In this document: piece by piece, positions 1-9,811 of the stretch
Layout: every line of letters begins with the position of its first letter
Position numbering within the stretch: position 1 is the first letter of the stretch
From: an uncultured Bacteroidota bacterium
GTDB lineage: Bacteria > Bacteroidota > Bacteroidia > UKL13-3
Assembly: GCA_903883965.1 (NCBI GenBank)
Contig: CAISCU010000008.1
Span: forward strand, 3,405-67,404
DNA: 64,000 bases
Direction of reading: 5' to 3'
Program-made: the position numbers and the translations under genes
Notes under the pieces: model-generated
What the model saw: the letters and a program-made list of their open reading frames with translations, nothing else
Databases searched by the model: none
Told to the model about the DNA's origin: nothing

Positions 1-10
1 TTCAAGCCGA

Positions 11-262
11 TTGGTTTTGAACACCTTTCCTGTTGTGCTGTGTTTGTATGCAATTAGCACATTTGTATCAGGCACAGCCTTTCAAATAAAAGCATTTGTT
101 TTTGGCGCAATCGCCTGTTGGATACTTGCAATTGTGGCCTTTTTTGTTTCGTTTGAGGAACAATTGCTTTTGTTGGCAGCAGGTGTGTTATTTGCATTTA
201 TTCTACCTGGCATTCGTTTGCGTATGACAGAAAAAGAAGAAACCACCAATCCTTCACACTGA
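11..262 (+). CDS. small membrane protein (2 predicted TM); may be N-terminally truncated by window edge
   Basis: Hydrophobic 83-aa ORF. Its stop overlaps the start of the downstream winged-helix regulator (TGATG), implying translational coupling. Confidence 0.4.
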   Translation: MVLNTFPVVLCLYAISTFVSGTAFQIKAFVFGAIACWILAIVAFFVSFEEQLLLLAAGVLFAFILPGIRLRMTEKEETTNPSH

Positions 263-552
263 TGTTTCAGAATTTAGACCCCCTGCTCCATTCTCAACTG
301 CGCTTGGCCATTGTTTCATTGCTCATTTCAGTTGAAGAGGCTGAGTTTACTTATATCAAAGAAAAAACCAAAGCCACTGCTGGCAATATCAGTGTGCAAA
401 TTGAAAAATTGCAGGAAGCAGAATACATCAAAGTAGAAAAAACCTTCAAGGGCAAATATCCTCTAACAAAATGCAGCATTACCAAAAAAGGAATCAAAGC
501 TTTTGAGGCTTATGTAAAAGCCTTACAGCAATACATTCAACCAGCAACTTAA
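262..552 (+). CDS. winged-helix DNA-binding transcriptional regulator (PF13601/HTH_34-like)
   Basis: Motif 'DPLLHSQLRLAIVSLLISVEEAEFTYIKEKT...GNISVQIEKLQEAEYIKVEKTFKGKYPLTKCSITKKG' matches the HTH_34 family pattern. Typical pairing with small membrane proteins. Confidence 0.65.
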   Translation: MFQNLDPLLHSQLRLAIVSLLISVEEAEFTYIKEKTKATAGNISVQIEKLQEAEYIKVEKTFKGKYPLTKCSITKKGIKAFEAYVKALQQYIQPAT

Positions 553-606
553 TTGGTTTTGACAATTCATCTGAAAACTATAAATTTGATTGAATCAATA
601 AAGCCT

Positions 607-783
607 ATGATGAAAAACACCCAATTGCTACGCACAATTCTCATTACACTTGTTGTCAATCTTATTTTTATTCGTTTGAGCTATTGGAGCTACAACGAAT
701 TCAGGTTTTCTATTCTTCACTTAATTGTGGGATTGCTTCCACTAAGTATTTATTTTAGGAAGCGGAAAGCAGAAAATATTTAA
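607..783 (+). CDS. small membrane protein (start reassigned to internal ATG; the track ORF 553..783 begins at TTG)
   Basis: 'MMKNTQLLRTILITLVVNLIFIRL...' is a hydrophobic 58-aa peptide immediately downstream of the regulator. Confidence 0.35.
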   Translation: MMKNTQLLRTILITLVVNLIFIRLSYWSYNEFRFSILHLIVGLLPLSIYFRKRKAENI

Positions 784-793
784 TCACAAAAAA

Positions 794-820
794 AGCCCTG
801 AGCGTATCAGGGCTTTTTTG
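794..820 (+). terminator. rho-independent terminator (stem agccctg/cagggct followed by T6)
   Basis: 'aagccctgagcgtatcagggcttttttg' directly after the 607..783 ORF. Confidence 0.6.
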
Positions 821-1048
821 TTGAATATTTTGACTAGTTTAGAAAACAAATCTAATGGCTATGGGGAATTAGCTCAGCTTTATTTTCAAAATATATCAAA
901 GAAAAGTGCCAGTGCTCAATTGCGCAGGTGGATCAAATTAAGTGACACGGTATTACCGATGCTAAAAAGCTTTGGTTACAAGCCTGGCAATCGTTTATTG
1001 ACCCCAGCACATGTGAAGGTTATTGTTGATGAGTTTGGGGAGCCGTAA
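818..1048 (+). CDS. DUF4248-like small protein (hypothetical)
   Basis: 'GYGELAQLYF...SASAQLRRWI...LTPAHVKVIVDEFGEP' resembles my recollection of the Bacteroidota DUF4248 family. The start codon is uncertain, because the TTG lies inside the upstream terminator T-run. Confidence 0.4.
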   Translation: MLNILTSLENKSNGYGELAQLYFQNISKKSASAQLRRWIKLSDTVLPMLKSFGYKPGNRLLTPAHVKVIVDEFGEP

Positions 1049-1205
1049 GGTTGTTTAACGATTTCGGGCTTTGCGTTCGGGCGGGTTTCGAAGCACAAAG
1101 TTTCAATTTATTACTAAAGTTCATTAGAATCACAAAGCTCCGAGTTTGCACGTCAGCCCGCCTGACACAAAACCCTTGTTACCTGCTTGTTGCGGCACAG
1201 CTTTG

Positions 1206-1715
1206 TCAGTTTAGGTCTAATGTGTACAACCAATATTTTTTTCCGAACAGAGGAGGAATTTCTTGGAGAACTTTAAACCCAATGCTTTCGTAAATATGTC
1301 TTGCGGCGTCCATGAACTCAGAAGTGTGGAGCGCAATTATCTTTTCATTATTTTTCTTTGCAAAGTCAATACACATTTTGGTTAGAGCATTTGCAATTCC
1401 TTGTCCGCGATATTTGGGATTAACACCAACCATTCTAATATAAGACCATTCCGTTTTGAAAAGGTCTGTCGGATTACCACTGAGAATAACATAGGCTACG
1501 CCAATTATTTTGTCGTTGTCGAGGCACACGAAACATGTAGCGATATTAAGAATGTCTACAAATCTTTGTCTGTTTTGATGATTGCTACTAAATGTCGCCC
1601 AGTTGTCCGGTGTCAAAGCGTTTTGAAATTGTCCGTATGCGATGATATGGAGGTCTTGTAATTGGTCAATGTCGTCAATTGACCCGATGCGATAATTTAA
1701 ATTGTTATTTGTCAT
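1206..1715 (-). CDS. GNAT family N-acetyltransferase
   Basis: Acetyl-CoA binding motif 'RMVGVNPKYRGQGIANALTKMCIDFAKK', 169 aa. Confidence 0.8.
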   Translation of the reverse strand: MTNNNLNYRIGSIDDIDQLQDLHIIAYGQFQNALTPDNWATFSSNHQNRQRFVDILNIATCFVCLDNDKIIGVAYVILSGNPTDLFKTEWSYIRMVGVNPKYRGQGIANALTKMCIDFAKKNNEKIIALHTSEFMDAARHIYESIGFKVLQEIPPLFGKKYWLYTLDLN

Positions 1716-1802
1716 TACGAAATCTTTTTTGTCTAACGGAATTGTCCAGCCACTTACAGGTAACGTTCCGCAGCTACCCCAAGGGCGGGATTTTTAACAC
1801 CA

Positions 1803-1855
1803 ATGTGTATGCGGAGCACAAAACTTTGATTAACCACAAATGTGTTTGCGGAGCA
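1803..1855. repeat. 17-bp imperfect direct repeat (atgtgtatgcggagcac / atgtgtttgcggagcac) 36 bp apart, upstream of the GNAT gene
   Basis: Read directly from the sequence. Related 'aatgtgta' cores recur at ~1222 and ~39088. Confidence 0.5.
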
Positions 1856-1908
1856 CTGAACCGCCACTTTTGCCAAACTGCTTTTATAGCCAGTGGTTCT
1901 TACTATTT

Positions 1909-3051
1909 TTAATATGCTTTTGCTAATGAGGTGAAAATTGTCCACCAGTCTGCCTTACCTTCTTTCTTTCCAAGTCTCACTATAATTAAGTCTTTTGATG
2001 GGTTAACATAAACAAATTGTCCTAAAATACCTTCCGCCATAAAATCTTCATTTGGTGTCGGCAACCACCATTGATATTGATAAAAGTTTACACTTCCTTC
2101 AGATGTGTCGAGTTTTATAGATTCTTCAACCCATTTTTGTGATACAATTTGTTTTCCATTCCAGTTGCCTTTGTTTTTAAATAACCGTCCTATTTTGGCA
2201 AAGTCTCTTGCTCTTGCGTTTAAACAGCAAAATGTTTTCTCAAGTCCATTCTTTTTTCTGTCAATGCTCCAAGATGCGTCATATTCCATTTCAAGAGGTG
2301 TCCATATTTTATCTTGCAAGTATGAAGTGATTGTTTTTTCTTTTAACGAGCGTTCTAAAACTAAACCTAAAAGTTGTGTGTTACCACTTACGTATTCAAA
2401 CTTTTTACCAGGTTCAGTTTTCAACTTCATTTTTCCAATTTCTTTTCTAAGATTAAGTCCATAATAAAATGAAGCTGCATCGCCAAATGGGTTTACATAG
2501 CTTTCATTAAACTTAATTCCAGATGTCATTTGCAAAAGGTGTTTAATAGTCACTTTGTCAAATCCGTTTTTTTTCAATTCAGGAATATAGTTTGTAATCG
2601 GCTCGTCAACAGACTTTATTAAGCCTTCATCAATGGCACAACCAATTAAAATTGATGTAACAGATTTTGCCATAGAGAAAGAAGGAACAATACTTACTTT
2701 ATCATAACCTTTGAAATATTTTTCATATTGGATTGTGTCGTTTTTAATAATTAAAAAAGCGACTGTTTTATTATCTTCCAGATATTTGTCAAAAGGTATA
2801 TTGTTTAACTCTTTTGGAAATTTACCTTTGTTTGTGGTTTGAAAATGGAAAGACGATGCGTTAGCAGTTAATGGTCTTGACTGAAATTTTTTATGGTCTT
2901 TTATGTCGGCAAAATTGTAAAACACAAAGCGTCCCAATTGACAAGAAGTCAATAATGTTGAAGCAATAATCATTAGAAGTCCAAATCTAATTATTCTAAT
3001 TTGTCGTCCCATATTTGTCATTTTGTTATTACGGTTGTGTCGTCCTACCAT
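1909..3051 (-). CDS. serine hydrolase, beta-lactamase/transpeptidase-fold family (class C-like)
   Basis: S-x-x-K motif 'SFSMAKSV', length typical of the family. A signal-peptide-like segment 'MTNMGRQIRIIRFGLLMIIASTLLTSC' suggests the true start is near 3021. Confidence 0.8.
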   Translation of the reverse strand: MVGRHNRNNKMTNMGRQIRIIRFGLLMIIASTLLTSCQLGRFVFYNFADIKDHKKFQSRPLTANASSFHFQTTNKGKFPKELNNIPFDKYLEDNKTVAFLIIKNDTIQYEKYFKGYDKVSIVPSFSMAKSVTSILIGCAIDEGLIKSVDEPITNYIPELKKNGFDKVTIKHLLQMTSGIKFNESYVNPFGDAASFYYGLNLRKEIGKMKLKTEPGKKFEYVSGNTQLLGLVLERSLKEKTITSYLQDKIWTPLEMEYDASWSIDRKKNGLEKTFCCLNARARDFAKIGRLFKNKGNWNGKQIVSQKWVEESIKLDTSEGSVNFYQYQWWLPTPNEDFMAEGILGQFVYVNPSKDLIIVRLGKKEGKADWWTIFTSLAKAY

Positions 3052-3356
3052 TGGCTATAACTTGTATATACACGAAACAAACCTTCGCAAATCCATACAA
3101 TTATGGTGTGATATGCGAGACTTTGATTCATTTAATTCTTTTTGCAATTACAGATGTATTTTCTAATTTATTACTTTCAAAAATAGCAATTAACCCTCAA
3201 GTTTTCACATAGACCTTCGCACACTTTTAACCACCCCTTCCCCAATAATTCTTTTCAGAAGTTTGTATCCTAATCGATACAAGATTTCATGGAACAAAAT
3301 AGACACACTTCGATATTTAACACTATTTTATAACTTTAGGTAGGATATAAAAAGTG

Positions 3357-4166
3357 CTAGCGGCAGTGCTTTTCTGTTTTAACTTTTTGCTTTATCAATG
3401 GTCTGCCCTTTAATGCTTGAAACAATGTAAATAAAGCCAACAGACCATAAGCCACTGACAATGAAATTGTTAATTTGGTATTTTTCAACAAATAGAATGA
3501 GAGTATGGGGAGTATTTGTAAGGCATGCATACCAATAAAATGTGCAACTCTTAAATCACCAACGGTTTTACTCCAACCTAATATCAACAAATTTGAATTG
3601 TCGTTGACTGCGCCAACGCTGTGATTGAGTCTTGAACCCATTGCAAATCCTTCAAATGAAAATACCACAAAAATGATCAGACCCAATCTTATTGCCCAAA
3701 CATAGTAATTGGGTAATTCTGAAAATGAGTTTTTAAAAAATAGCAACCCAATATATGCTGTATAAAGGGTAACTATTGATGCTGCTATTGCCATCATAGA
3801 GTAAAGAGTTGCATAAACAGGTGTACTTAAATTGTAGTGAGAAAGTGCTCCTTTACTCGCTTGAAAAGCAATGTAAAAAATCTCAAAACCAAGTAAAATA
3901 ACAACAGTCCAATTGTATAATTGAACATTGAAGTTGGGCAAATAATAACAATACCAGGCCATTGCCCAAGCAAAAGTAAAAGTAGAAAATGCGAATTTAA
4001 AAGGCTTGTACCATGCATTCACTCCATAAACTAGTGTAGTTGTTGTCCTAGCAAAAACTAAAAAGAGAATTGCAAACAGTAAACAAATGAGCCCATAATA
4101 AAAGAGTATTTCGTTTCTGGCTTTGAGTTGTTGTATAAAGTCTAACATGATTGAATATTGATTCAT
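3357..4166 (-). CDS. polytopic integral membrane protein (unknown function, ~8 TM)
   Basis: Long hydrophobic segments throughout; no recognisable catalytic motif. Confidence 0.5.
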   Translation of the reverse strand: MNQYSIMLDFIQQLKARNEILFYYGLICLLFAILFLVFARTTTTLVYGVNAWYKPFKFAFSTFTFAWAMAWYCYYLPNFNVQLYNWTVVILLGFEIFYIAFQASKGALSHYNLSTPVYATLYSMMAIAASIVTLYTAYIGLLFFKNSFSELPNYYVWAIRLGLIIFVVFSFEGFAMGSRLNHSVGAVNDNSNLLILGWSKTVGDLRVAHFIGMHALQILPILSFYLLKNTKLTISLSVAYGLLALFTLFQALKGRPLIKQKVKTEKHCR

Positions 4167-4281
4167 TTCTAATAGCTTTAATTTTGGAGGAGAGGTTTAT
4201 ATAATATGAAAGTATGCTCCAATACCCAATAGCAAATTGGTTAAATGTGGCAATCAGTTGACCAAAAAAAATACTATTAAA

Positions 4282-5526
4282 CTATTTAGCTACAATTATT
4301 TTTTTGACGGTGTTGATTGAATTGCCTTGCAGATTCAAATAGTATATGCCATTTGATAAATGTTCAAGATTAAATATATGTGTGAATCCTGCTTGTATAT
4401 TATTTTGTTGAAGAACTACTTCACCCAATTCGTTGATAAATTTTGCATGCATGTATTGGAATGCTCCTGGAGCAACAACCAATTCTAAATAATTTGCTGT
4501 GGGATTAGGGTAATACTCAAATTCAATTTGTTGCTTTTGATTTAAAATAGCAGTGGCACTAGGAATATATGTAGTAACAATTTCAGTAATTGTATTGTGG
4601 CCACTATTGGGGCCTGTATTACCTACTTGAACAGTTCCGTAATAAGTGGGTCCAATTACATAAGGATAGACAGGATACAAATTGGCGTCTATGGTTACAA
4701 AATAAGCGTATGTACCGTTTGGATAATCAGGAGTTACACAAAATCTCCCATTGTGAATGTCTAAATCACCCGCTCCATCTACAAATGACCTATCTTCAAT
4801 AAATGCACCCAATGGATAGCTTGCATCAACCACTGGCCCTTTGTTTCTGGTAGTTCCGGTATTCATTACAAAACTGCTCTTCATTCTTTTGATGGGTCCT
4901 GTACCATTTGTATTTGTATAAGCATAAGCTCCATAAATCGGATATCCATCAAATGCATATCCTATAATTGGTGAATGGTTCAAACTATCTTTGTCATTGT
5001 ACAAACAGGTTGGGTTAACATGATGGTGGTATTCTCCACCAGGACCTGGATGGCCTAAGCAATTGTCAAAACTAACACCTTCAAAAAATAAAGCATCTCT
5101 ATTCCAAACACCTGCGTTGTTATAACTCATTCCATCTTTAGGGTTGAATATGCTCACACCATTACTCCAAACACCTACATGCCCTAAAGGGGTTTTAGTT
5201 AGGATTCCAGTATTTTGAATTGGATTGCGCGTTATTTTAAAAATAAAATCTTTGTTCACAGGTATATTCGGATTGGCTGTCCAAGGCCCTATGTTGTAAT
5301 CAGGAATACATGTTGTACTTACATACACATTATTAGAAGAATATTGAACTTTTTGTACATTGGTAAGAATACCTGCATAACCTGTTTGCTGTGTGGTATT
5401 TATTTTCCAAGATGTAATTTCTGGAGTTGTTTGAGCAAACAAAGTATTTGTAAGGAGAAATAATCCAAGCGTATATATTGGTTTCATTTTATTTTTTAAT
5501 AAATATAGTACATTTAAATCAAACAA
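4282..5526 (-). CDS. YHYH-domain protein with T9SS type-A C-terminal sorting domain
   Basis: 'GGEYHHHVNPTCLY' YHYH-like motif. C-terminus 'YYLNLQGNSINTVKKIIVAK' is typical of a Por secretion tail. The signal peptide 'MKPIYTLGLFLLTNTLFAQ' suggests the true start is at 5487. Confidence 0.65.
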   Translation of the reverse strand: MFDLNVLYLLKNKMKPIYTLGLFLLTNTLFAQTTPEITSWKINTTQQTGYAGILTNVQKVQYSSNNVYVSTTCIPDYNIGPWTANPNIPVNKDFIFKITRNPIQNTGILTKTPLGHVGVWSNGVSIFNPKDGMSYNNAGVWNRDALFFEGVSFDNCLGHPGPGGEYHHHVNPTCLYNDKDSLNHSPIIGYAFDGYPIYGAYAYTNTNGTGPIKRMKSSFVMNTGTTRNKGPVVDASYPLGAFIEDRSFVDGAGDLDIHNGRFCVTPDYPNGTYAYFVTIDANLYPVYPYVIGPTYYGTVQVGNTGPNSGHNTITEIVTTYIPSATAILNQKQQIEFEYYPNPTANYLELVVAPGAFQYMHAKFINELGEVVLQQNNIQAGFTHIFNLEHLSNGIYYLNLQGNSINTVKKIIVAK

Positions 5527-5722
5527 TGAGTAGTTATTAAAACAATATGACTGACTTATGAACTAGCCAGTCATATTTTAAATCTGAAAGAATGAAATTC
5601 TTTTTGACAATTATTTCAATTAGCAATCAATTAACTTAAACCCATTTTGAATGAGTTAAGAGATTTTGTTTTAGACATTTTAAAATAATCGAAATCATAT
5701 AAATGACTAAGATGGTAACCCC

Positions 5723-6094
5723 CTACCCCTTACTCTCCTGCAACTTATGGTAATACACATAAGAAAGCATTAAAATACCCAATATTATGAATGGGAAAAA
5801 ACTCTGAAAATTGAGGCCATCCACAGCGCCATGGCTAATTGCAGCAAACAAAAAGTCGAACACAAAACCTGCATAAGCCCACTCTTTCAAACGCTTAGGT
5901 ACCATAGGTAAAACCAATGCCAATACACCTGCAATTTTAAATACCACTAATGCATTGCCAAAATATTCAGGATAACCCAAATGCCTGATGCCTTCTTTTG
6001 CCAATTCGGTTTGTGATGTAAGTGCAGGCATAACACCTTCAAACAGGGCAATGATTCCAGTGGCCGCCCAATAAATTACTTTGTCTTTTTTCAT
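5723..6094 (-). CDS. DoxX family membrane protein
   Basis: 123 aa, 4 TM, DoxX-like pattern. Confidence 0.7.
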   Translation of the reverse strand: MKKDKVIYWAATGIIALFEGVMPALTSQTELAKEGIRHLGYPEYFGNALVVFKIAGVLALVLPMVPKRLKEWAYAGFVFDFLFAAISHGAVDGLNFQSFFPFIILGILMLSYVYYHKLQESKG

Positions 6095-6191
6095 TTTTTC
6101 AAGTTAAATATTAAAACTAAAACAAGTTAAGCACTATAAAAAAGGAATACAAATTGGAACCAATCTTTTTAACATTTTACTGCTTGTTACT

Positions 6192-7064
6192 TTAGTCTAA
6201 ATACCCAAATTTACCCGTATTGTAATCATGCATGGCTTGCATTATTTCTTGACGGGTATTCATCACAAATGGGCCATGTGCGGCAATGGGTTCATTGATG
6301 GGTTCGCCACTCAATACCAGTACTTGGGCATTTTCACTGGCTTGAATGGTAAATTCCTCACCTTTGTTTTCAAACAAGGCAAATGCATTAGTAGGAACAG
6401 GATTTCCATCAATTTGAATTGCACCTTCTAATACCAAAACAGCAGTATTGAAATTTGCTGGAAAACTAAAATTGGCAGTGGCTGTGGCTTTGAGTTTCAC
6501 ATTCAATAAATATACTGGCGAAAAAGTTGATGCTACTCCTTTTAAGTTATTGTATTGGCCAGCAATTACCTCAACTATTCCCAATTCATTTGGTAAATTA
6601 AATTTTGGGATTGTACTGTTTGCAATGGCTTGGTATTTGGGTGCCGACATTTTATACTTTGCAGGCAGGTTTACCCACAATTGTACCATTTGAAACAGGC
6701 CTCCATGTTTGCTCCATTCTTTTTCGTGAAATTCTTTGTGTAAAACACCTGATGCTGCTGTCATCCATTGTACGTCTCCTTCCGCTATGATGCCTCCTCC
6801 TCCACTGCTGTCGTGGTGCTCAACCTTTCCTTTATATGCTATGGTAACCGTTTCAAAACCCCTGTGTGGGTGCACATCAACTCCTCTTGGTGTTTCGCTT
6901 GGCGGAAAATAACAAGGCGCATTGTAATCAAGCATAATAAAAGGGCTCATGCGTTGCATAGACAAACCTTGAATTCCAGGTATGATATTGTGAACTTTAA
7001 AGCCATCGCCCACAAAATGAGTTCCTGCTGGCTGAATAATGCGTTCTATACTTTTGGTTGACAT
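6192..7064 (-). CDS. pirin family protein
   Basis: Cupin metal-binding 'HPHRGFETVTIAYKGKVEHHDS', ~290 aa. Confidence 0.85.
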   Translation of the reverse strand: MSTKSIERIIQPAGTHFVGDGFKVHNIIPGIQGLSMQRMSPFIMLDYNAPCYFPPSETPRGVDVHPHRGFETVTIAYKGKVEHHDSSGGGGIIAEGDVQWMTAASGVLHKEFHEKEWSKHGGLFQMVQLWVNLPAKYKMSAPKYQAIANSTIPKFNLPNELGIVEVIAGQYNNLKGVASTFSPVYLLNVKLKATATANFSFPANFNTAVLVLEGAIQIDGNPVPTNAFALFENKGEEFTIQASENAQVLVLSGEPINEPIAAHGPFVMNTRQEIMQAMHDYNTGKFGYLD

Positions 7065-7200
7065 TATTGCTCAATTAACGGTTCAAATTTAGCCCATTTA
7101 ATGATGTTCTATTCAGTTAAACTGATTTAAAGTAAAATTAAATCGCATCATTAATAAAATTGAAAGCCATCAAAAAATCTTATAAATTGCAAAATAACAC

Positions 7201-9495
7201 ATGATAAATTTGACAAAAACCATCGCCGCATTCATGTTCCTCATTGGAATGAGTCATTTGAGCTATGCTCAAAAAGCTAAGAAGCAAAATAACCAATTGG
7301 CCAATAAAGAAGCCTTTATTCAAGAACTCATTACCAAAATGACTTTAGACGAAAAATTGGGACAGTTAACATTGTATACAAGTGACATGTCTGTTACGGG
7401 ACCTGTGATGAGAGACAATTACAAACAAGACATTATCAGTGGTCGTTGTGGCAATATTTTTAATGCCTATACGCCGGCTTATACCAGAAAATTGCAAGAT
7501 CTAGCCATGCAATCCAGGTTAAAAATTCCATTGCTATTTGGCTATGATGTGATACATGGTCACAAAACCATTTTCCCCATTCCATTAGGTGAATCTTGTG
7601 CCTGGGATACGCTCTTGTCTGAACAATCGGCAAAAATTGCAGCTGCTGAAGCCAGTGCAGATGGCCTACATTGGACTTATTCGCCTATGGTTGACGTTGC
7701 CAGAGACCCCCGTTGGGGAAGAGTTGCTGAAGGTTCAGGAGAAGACCCTGTTTTGGGTTCAGCCATTGCCAGAGCTAAAGTAAAAGGTTACCAAGGCAGC
7801 AGTTTAAAAAACAAAGAAAGCATATTAAGTTGTGTGAAACATTTTGCATTGTATGGCGCTCCTGTTGCAGGTAGAGATTACAATACAGTAGACATGAGCA
7901 TGCAAAACATGTTCAATGTATATTTACCACCCTACAAAGCTGCCATTGATGCTGGTGCAGGAAGTGTAATGAGTTCATTCAACGAAATCAATGGGGTACC
8001 GGCAACGGCTAACAAATGGCTCATGACAGATTTACTCCGTAATCAGTGGGGTTTTAAGGGTTTTGTTGTTACTGATTATACTTCAATCAACGAAATGGTA
8101 AACCATGGCAATGTAGCCAATGAATACGAAGCAGGTGTTGCTGCTTTGAATGCGGGTATTGATATGGATATGCAAGGTGCAGTATACATGACTTATTTAA
8201 AATCGGCTGTAGAAAAAAAGGCTGTAAAAATTACCGATATAGATGCTGCTGTATACAGAGTGTTAGATGCCAAATGGCAATTGGGTTTATTTGAAGACCC
8301 TTATTTATACTGTGATGAAAACCGCGCAAAAAAATCCATCATGACTCCTAGTAATCTTCAAGCAGCTGAAGAAACCGCCATTGCTTCTATGGTTTTACTT
8401 AAAAATGAAAACAAGATATTGCCACTTAAAAACGAAGGACAAATCGCTTTTATAGGACCTTTTATAAAAAATAAAAGAGATCTAATTGGCAATTGGAGTG
8501 GCGCTGGTAATTGGACCCAAGCTTCTAGTTTATGGGATGCTGTCGTTGCCAAAACAGCCGGAAAAGCAAACATATCTTATGCAATGGGAGCCAATGTAAC
8601 TGATGATACTGTGTTGATTCAAAAAATGCATATCCAAGAATTCATAGACAAACGCAGTTCTGAAACCTTGATCAATGAGGCCTTAACTGTTGCGTCAAAG
8701 GCAACAATTGTTGTGATGGCTTTGGGAGAATCAGAAGGCATGAGCGGTGAAGCTGCCAGTAGGTCTGATATAGGCATTCCTGCCAACCAAATGCTATTGT
8801 TAAAAGCAATCCATGCATTGGGCAAGCCCATTATTTTATTACTCAGCAATGGCAGACCATTGACCCTTTCATGGGAAAACGACCACATTCCTGCAATATT
8901 GGAAACATGGTTTTTGGGAACACAATCTGGCCCAGCAATTTGTAAAGTATTGTTTGGAGATGCTAACCCATCTGGTAAATTAACCATGAGTTTTCCGAGA
9001 AGCGTTGGACAGGTTCCAATTTATTATGCAGCAAAACATACAGGTAGGCCATTTGACAATTCACAAAAATACACCTCAAAATATTTAGACATTGACAATA
9101 CCCCTCTTTATCCATTTGGTTTTGGCTTGAGTTATACTCAATTTAACTATTCAAACTTTAAACTGAACCAAACCCAATACAAAGTAAACGATACCATAGT
9201 AGCTTGTATTGAAATTCAAAATACAGGCAATAGAGACGGTTATGAAACAATACAACTGTACGTGCAAGATTTAGTGGGTAGTAGCACCAGGCCTGTAAAA
9301 GAGTTGAAAAAATTTGCCAAAGTAGCTTTGAAAGCTGGCCAAAGCAAACAAGTATGTTTTAAACTAACAACTGATGAATTGCGTTTTTACAATGCCAATA
9401 TGGAACGTGTGTTAGAACCAGGAACTTTTAAATTATTTATAGGAAAAAATGTAGTTGATGTAATGGAAACTACATTTGAATTGAGTGGCCAATAA
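7201..9495 (+). CDS. bglX: glycoside hydrolase family 3 beta-glucosidase (BglX-like), secreted
   Basis: Signal peptide; GH3 motifs 'GFKGFVVTDY', 'SDIGIPANQ'; 764 aa. Confidence 0.9.
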   Translation: MINLTKTIAAFMFLIGMSHLSYAQKAKKQNNQLANKEAFIQELITKMTLDEKLGQLTLYTSDMSVTGPVMRDNYKQDIISGRCGNIFNAYTPAYTRKLQDLAMQSRLKIPLLFGYDVIHGHKTIFPIPLGESCAWDTLLSEQSAKIAAAEASADGLHWTYSPMVDVARDPRWGRVAEGSGEDPVLGSAIARAKVKGYQGSSLKNKESILSCVKHFALYGAPVAGRDYNTVDMSMQNMFNVYLPPYKAAIDAGAGSVMSSFNEINGVPATANKWLMTDLLRNQWGFKGFVVTDYTSINEMVNHGNVANEYEAGVAALNAGIDMDMQGAVYMTYLKSAVEKKAVKITDIDAAVYRVLDAKWQLGLFEDPYLYCDENRAKKSIMTPSNLQAAEETAIASMVLLKNENKILPLKNEGQIAFIGPFIKNKRDLIGNWSGAGNWTQASSLWDAVVAKTAGKANISYAMGANVTDDTVLIQKMHIQEFIDKRSSETLINEALTVASKATIVVMALGESEGMSGEAASRSDIGIPANQMLLLKAIHALGKPIILLLSNGRPLTLSWENDHIPAILETWFLGTQSGPAICKVLFGDANPSGKLTMSFPRSVGQVPIYYAAKHTGRPFDNSQKYTSKYLDIDNTPLYPFGFGLSYTQFNYSNFKLNQTQYKVNDTIVACIEIQNTGNRDGYETIQLYVQDLVGSSTRPVKELKKFAKVALKAGQSKQVCFKLTTDELRFYNANMERVLEPGTFKLFIGKNVVDVMETTFELSGQ

Positions 9496-9511
9496 GGCCA
9501 TTCAATTTTTA

Positions 9512-9787
9512 TTAAACAATTTCTACCTTTTTAAAAGCCAATTGATAGCCTAACAAGGCCATTGGAAAGTAAGCCATCGTTAGGTCAAGCACATTGAACC
9601 AAATTGGAGCTGGCAACATCCATACCATAGACAAGCCACCTATAAAATAACAGGCTGCAATTCCAATAACATATCTCATTGGATAAGCTGTTTTTGCCAA
9701 AAGAAGACATACCCAAACGCCAATAAAAGTTCCCAAGCCATGAGCTAAAAAAGGAAACAAAAACTGATTGGGTTGGTACAAATGCAT
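9512..9787 (-). CDS. small membrane protein (3 TM), hypothetical
   Basis: Hydrophobic 91-aa ORF, co-directional with and downstream of the two-component system. Confidence 0.4.
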   Translation of the reverse strand: MHLYQPNQFLFPFLAHGLGTFIGVWVCLLLAKTAYPMRYVIGIAACYFIGGLSMVWMLPAPIWFNVLDLTMAYFPMALLGYQLAFKKVEIV

Positions 9788-9811
9788 GTGTGATTTGATA
9801 GATTCAATATC

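Noticed and set aside
1051-1293. ORF 1051..1293 (+) and ORF 1401..1661 (+) as genes
   Set aside because: They overlap the well-supported GNAT gene on the opposite strand or a GC-rich structured intergenic segment. No protein-like features.
3015-3212. Small ORFs in the 3052-3356 intergenic region
   Set aside because: Short, no protein-like composition. The region is more plausibly the promoter/leader of the hydrolase-GNAT operon.
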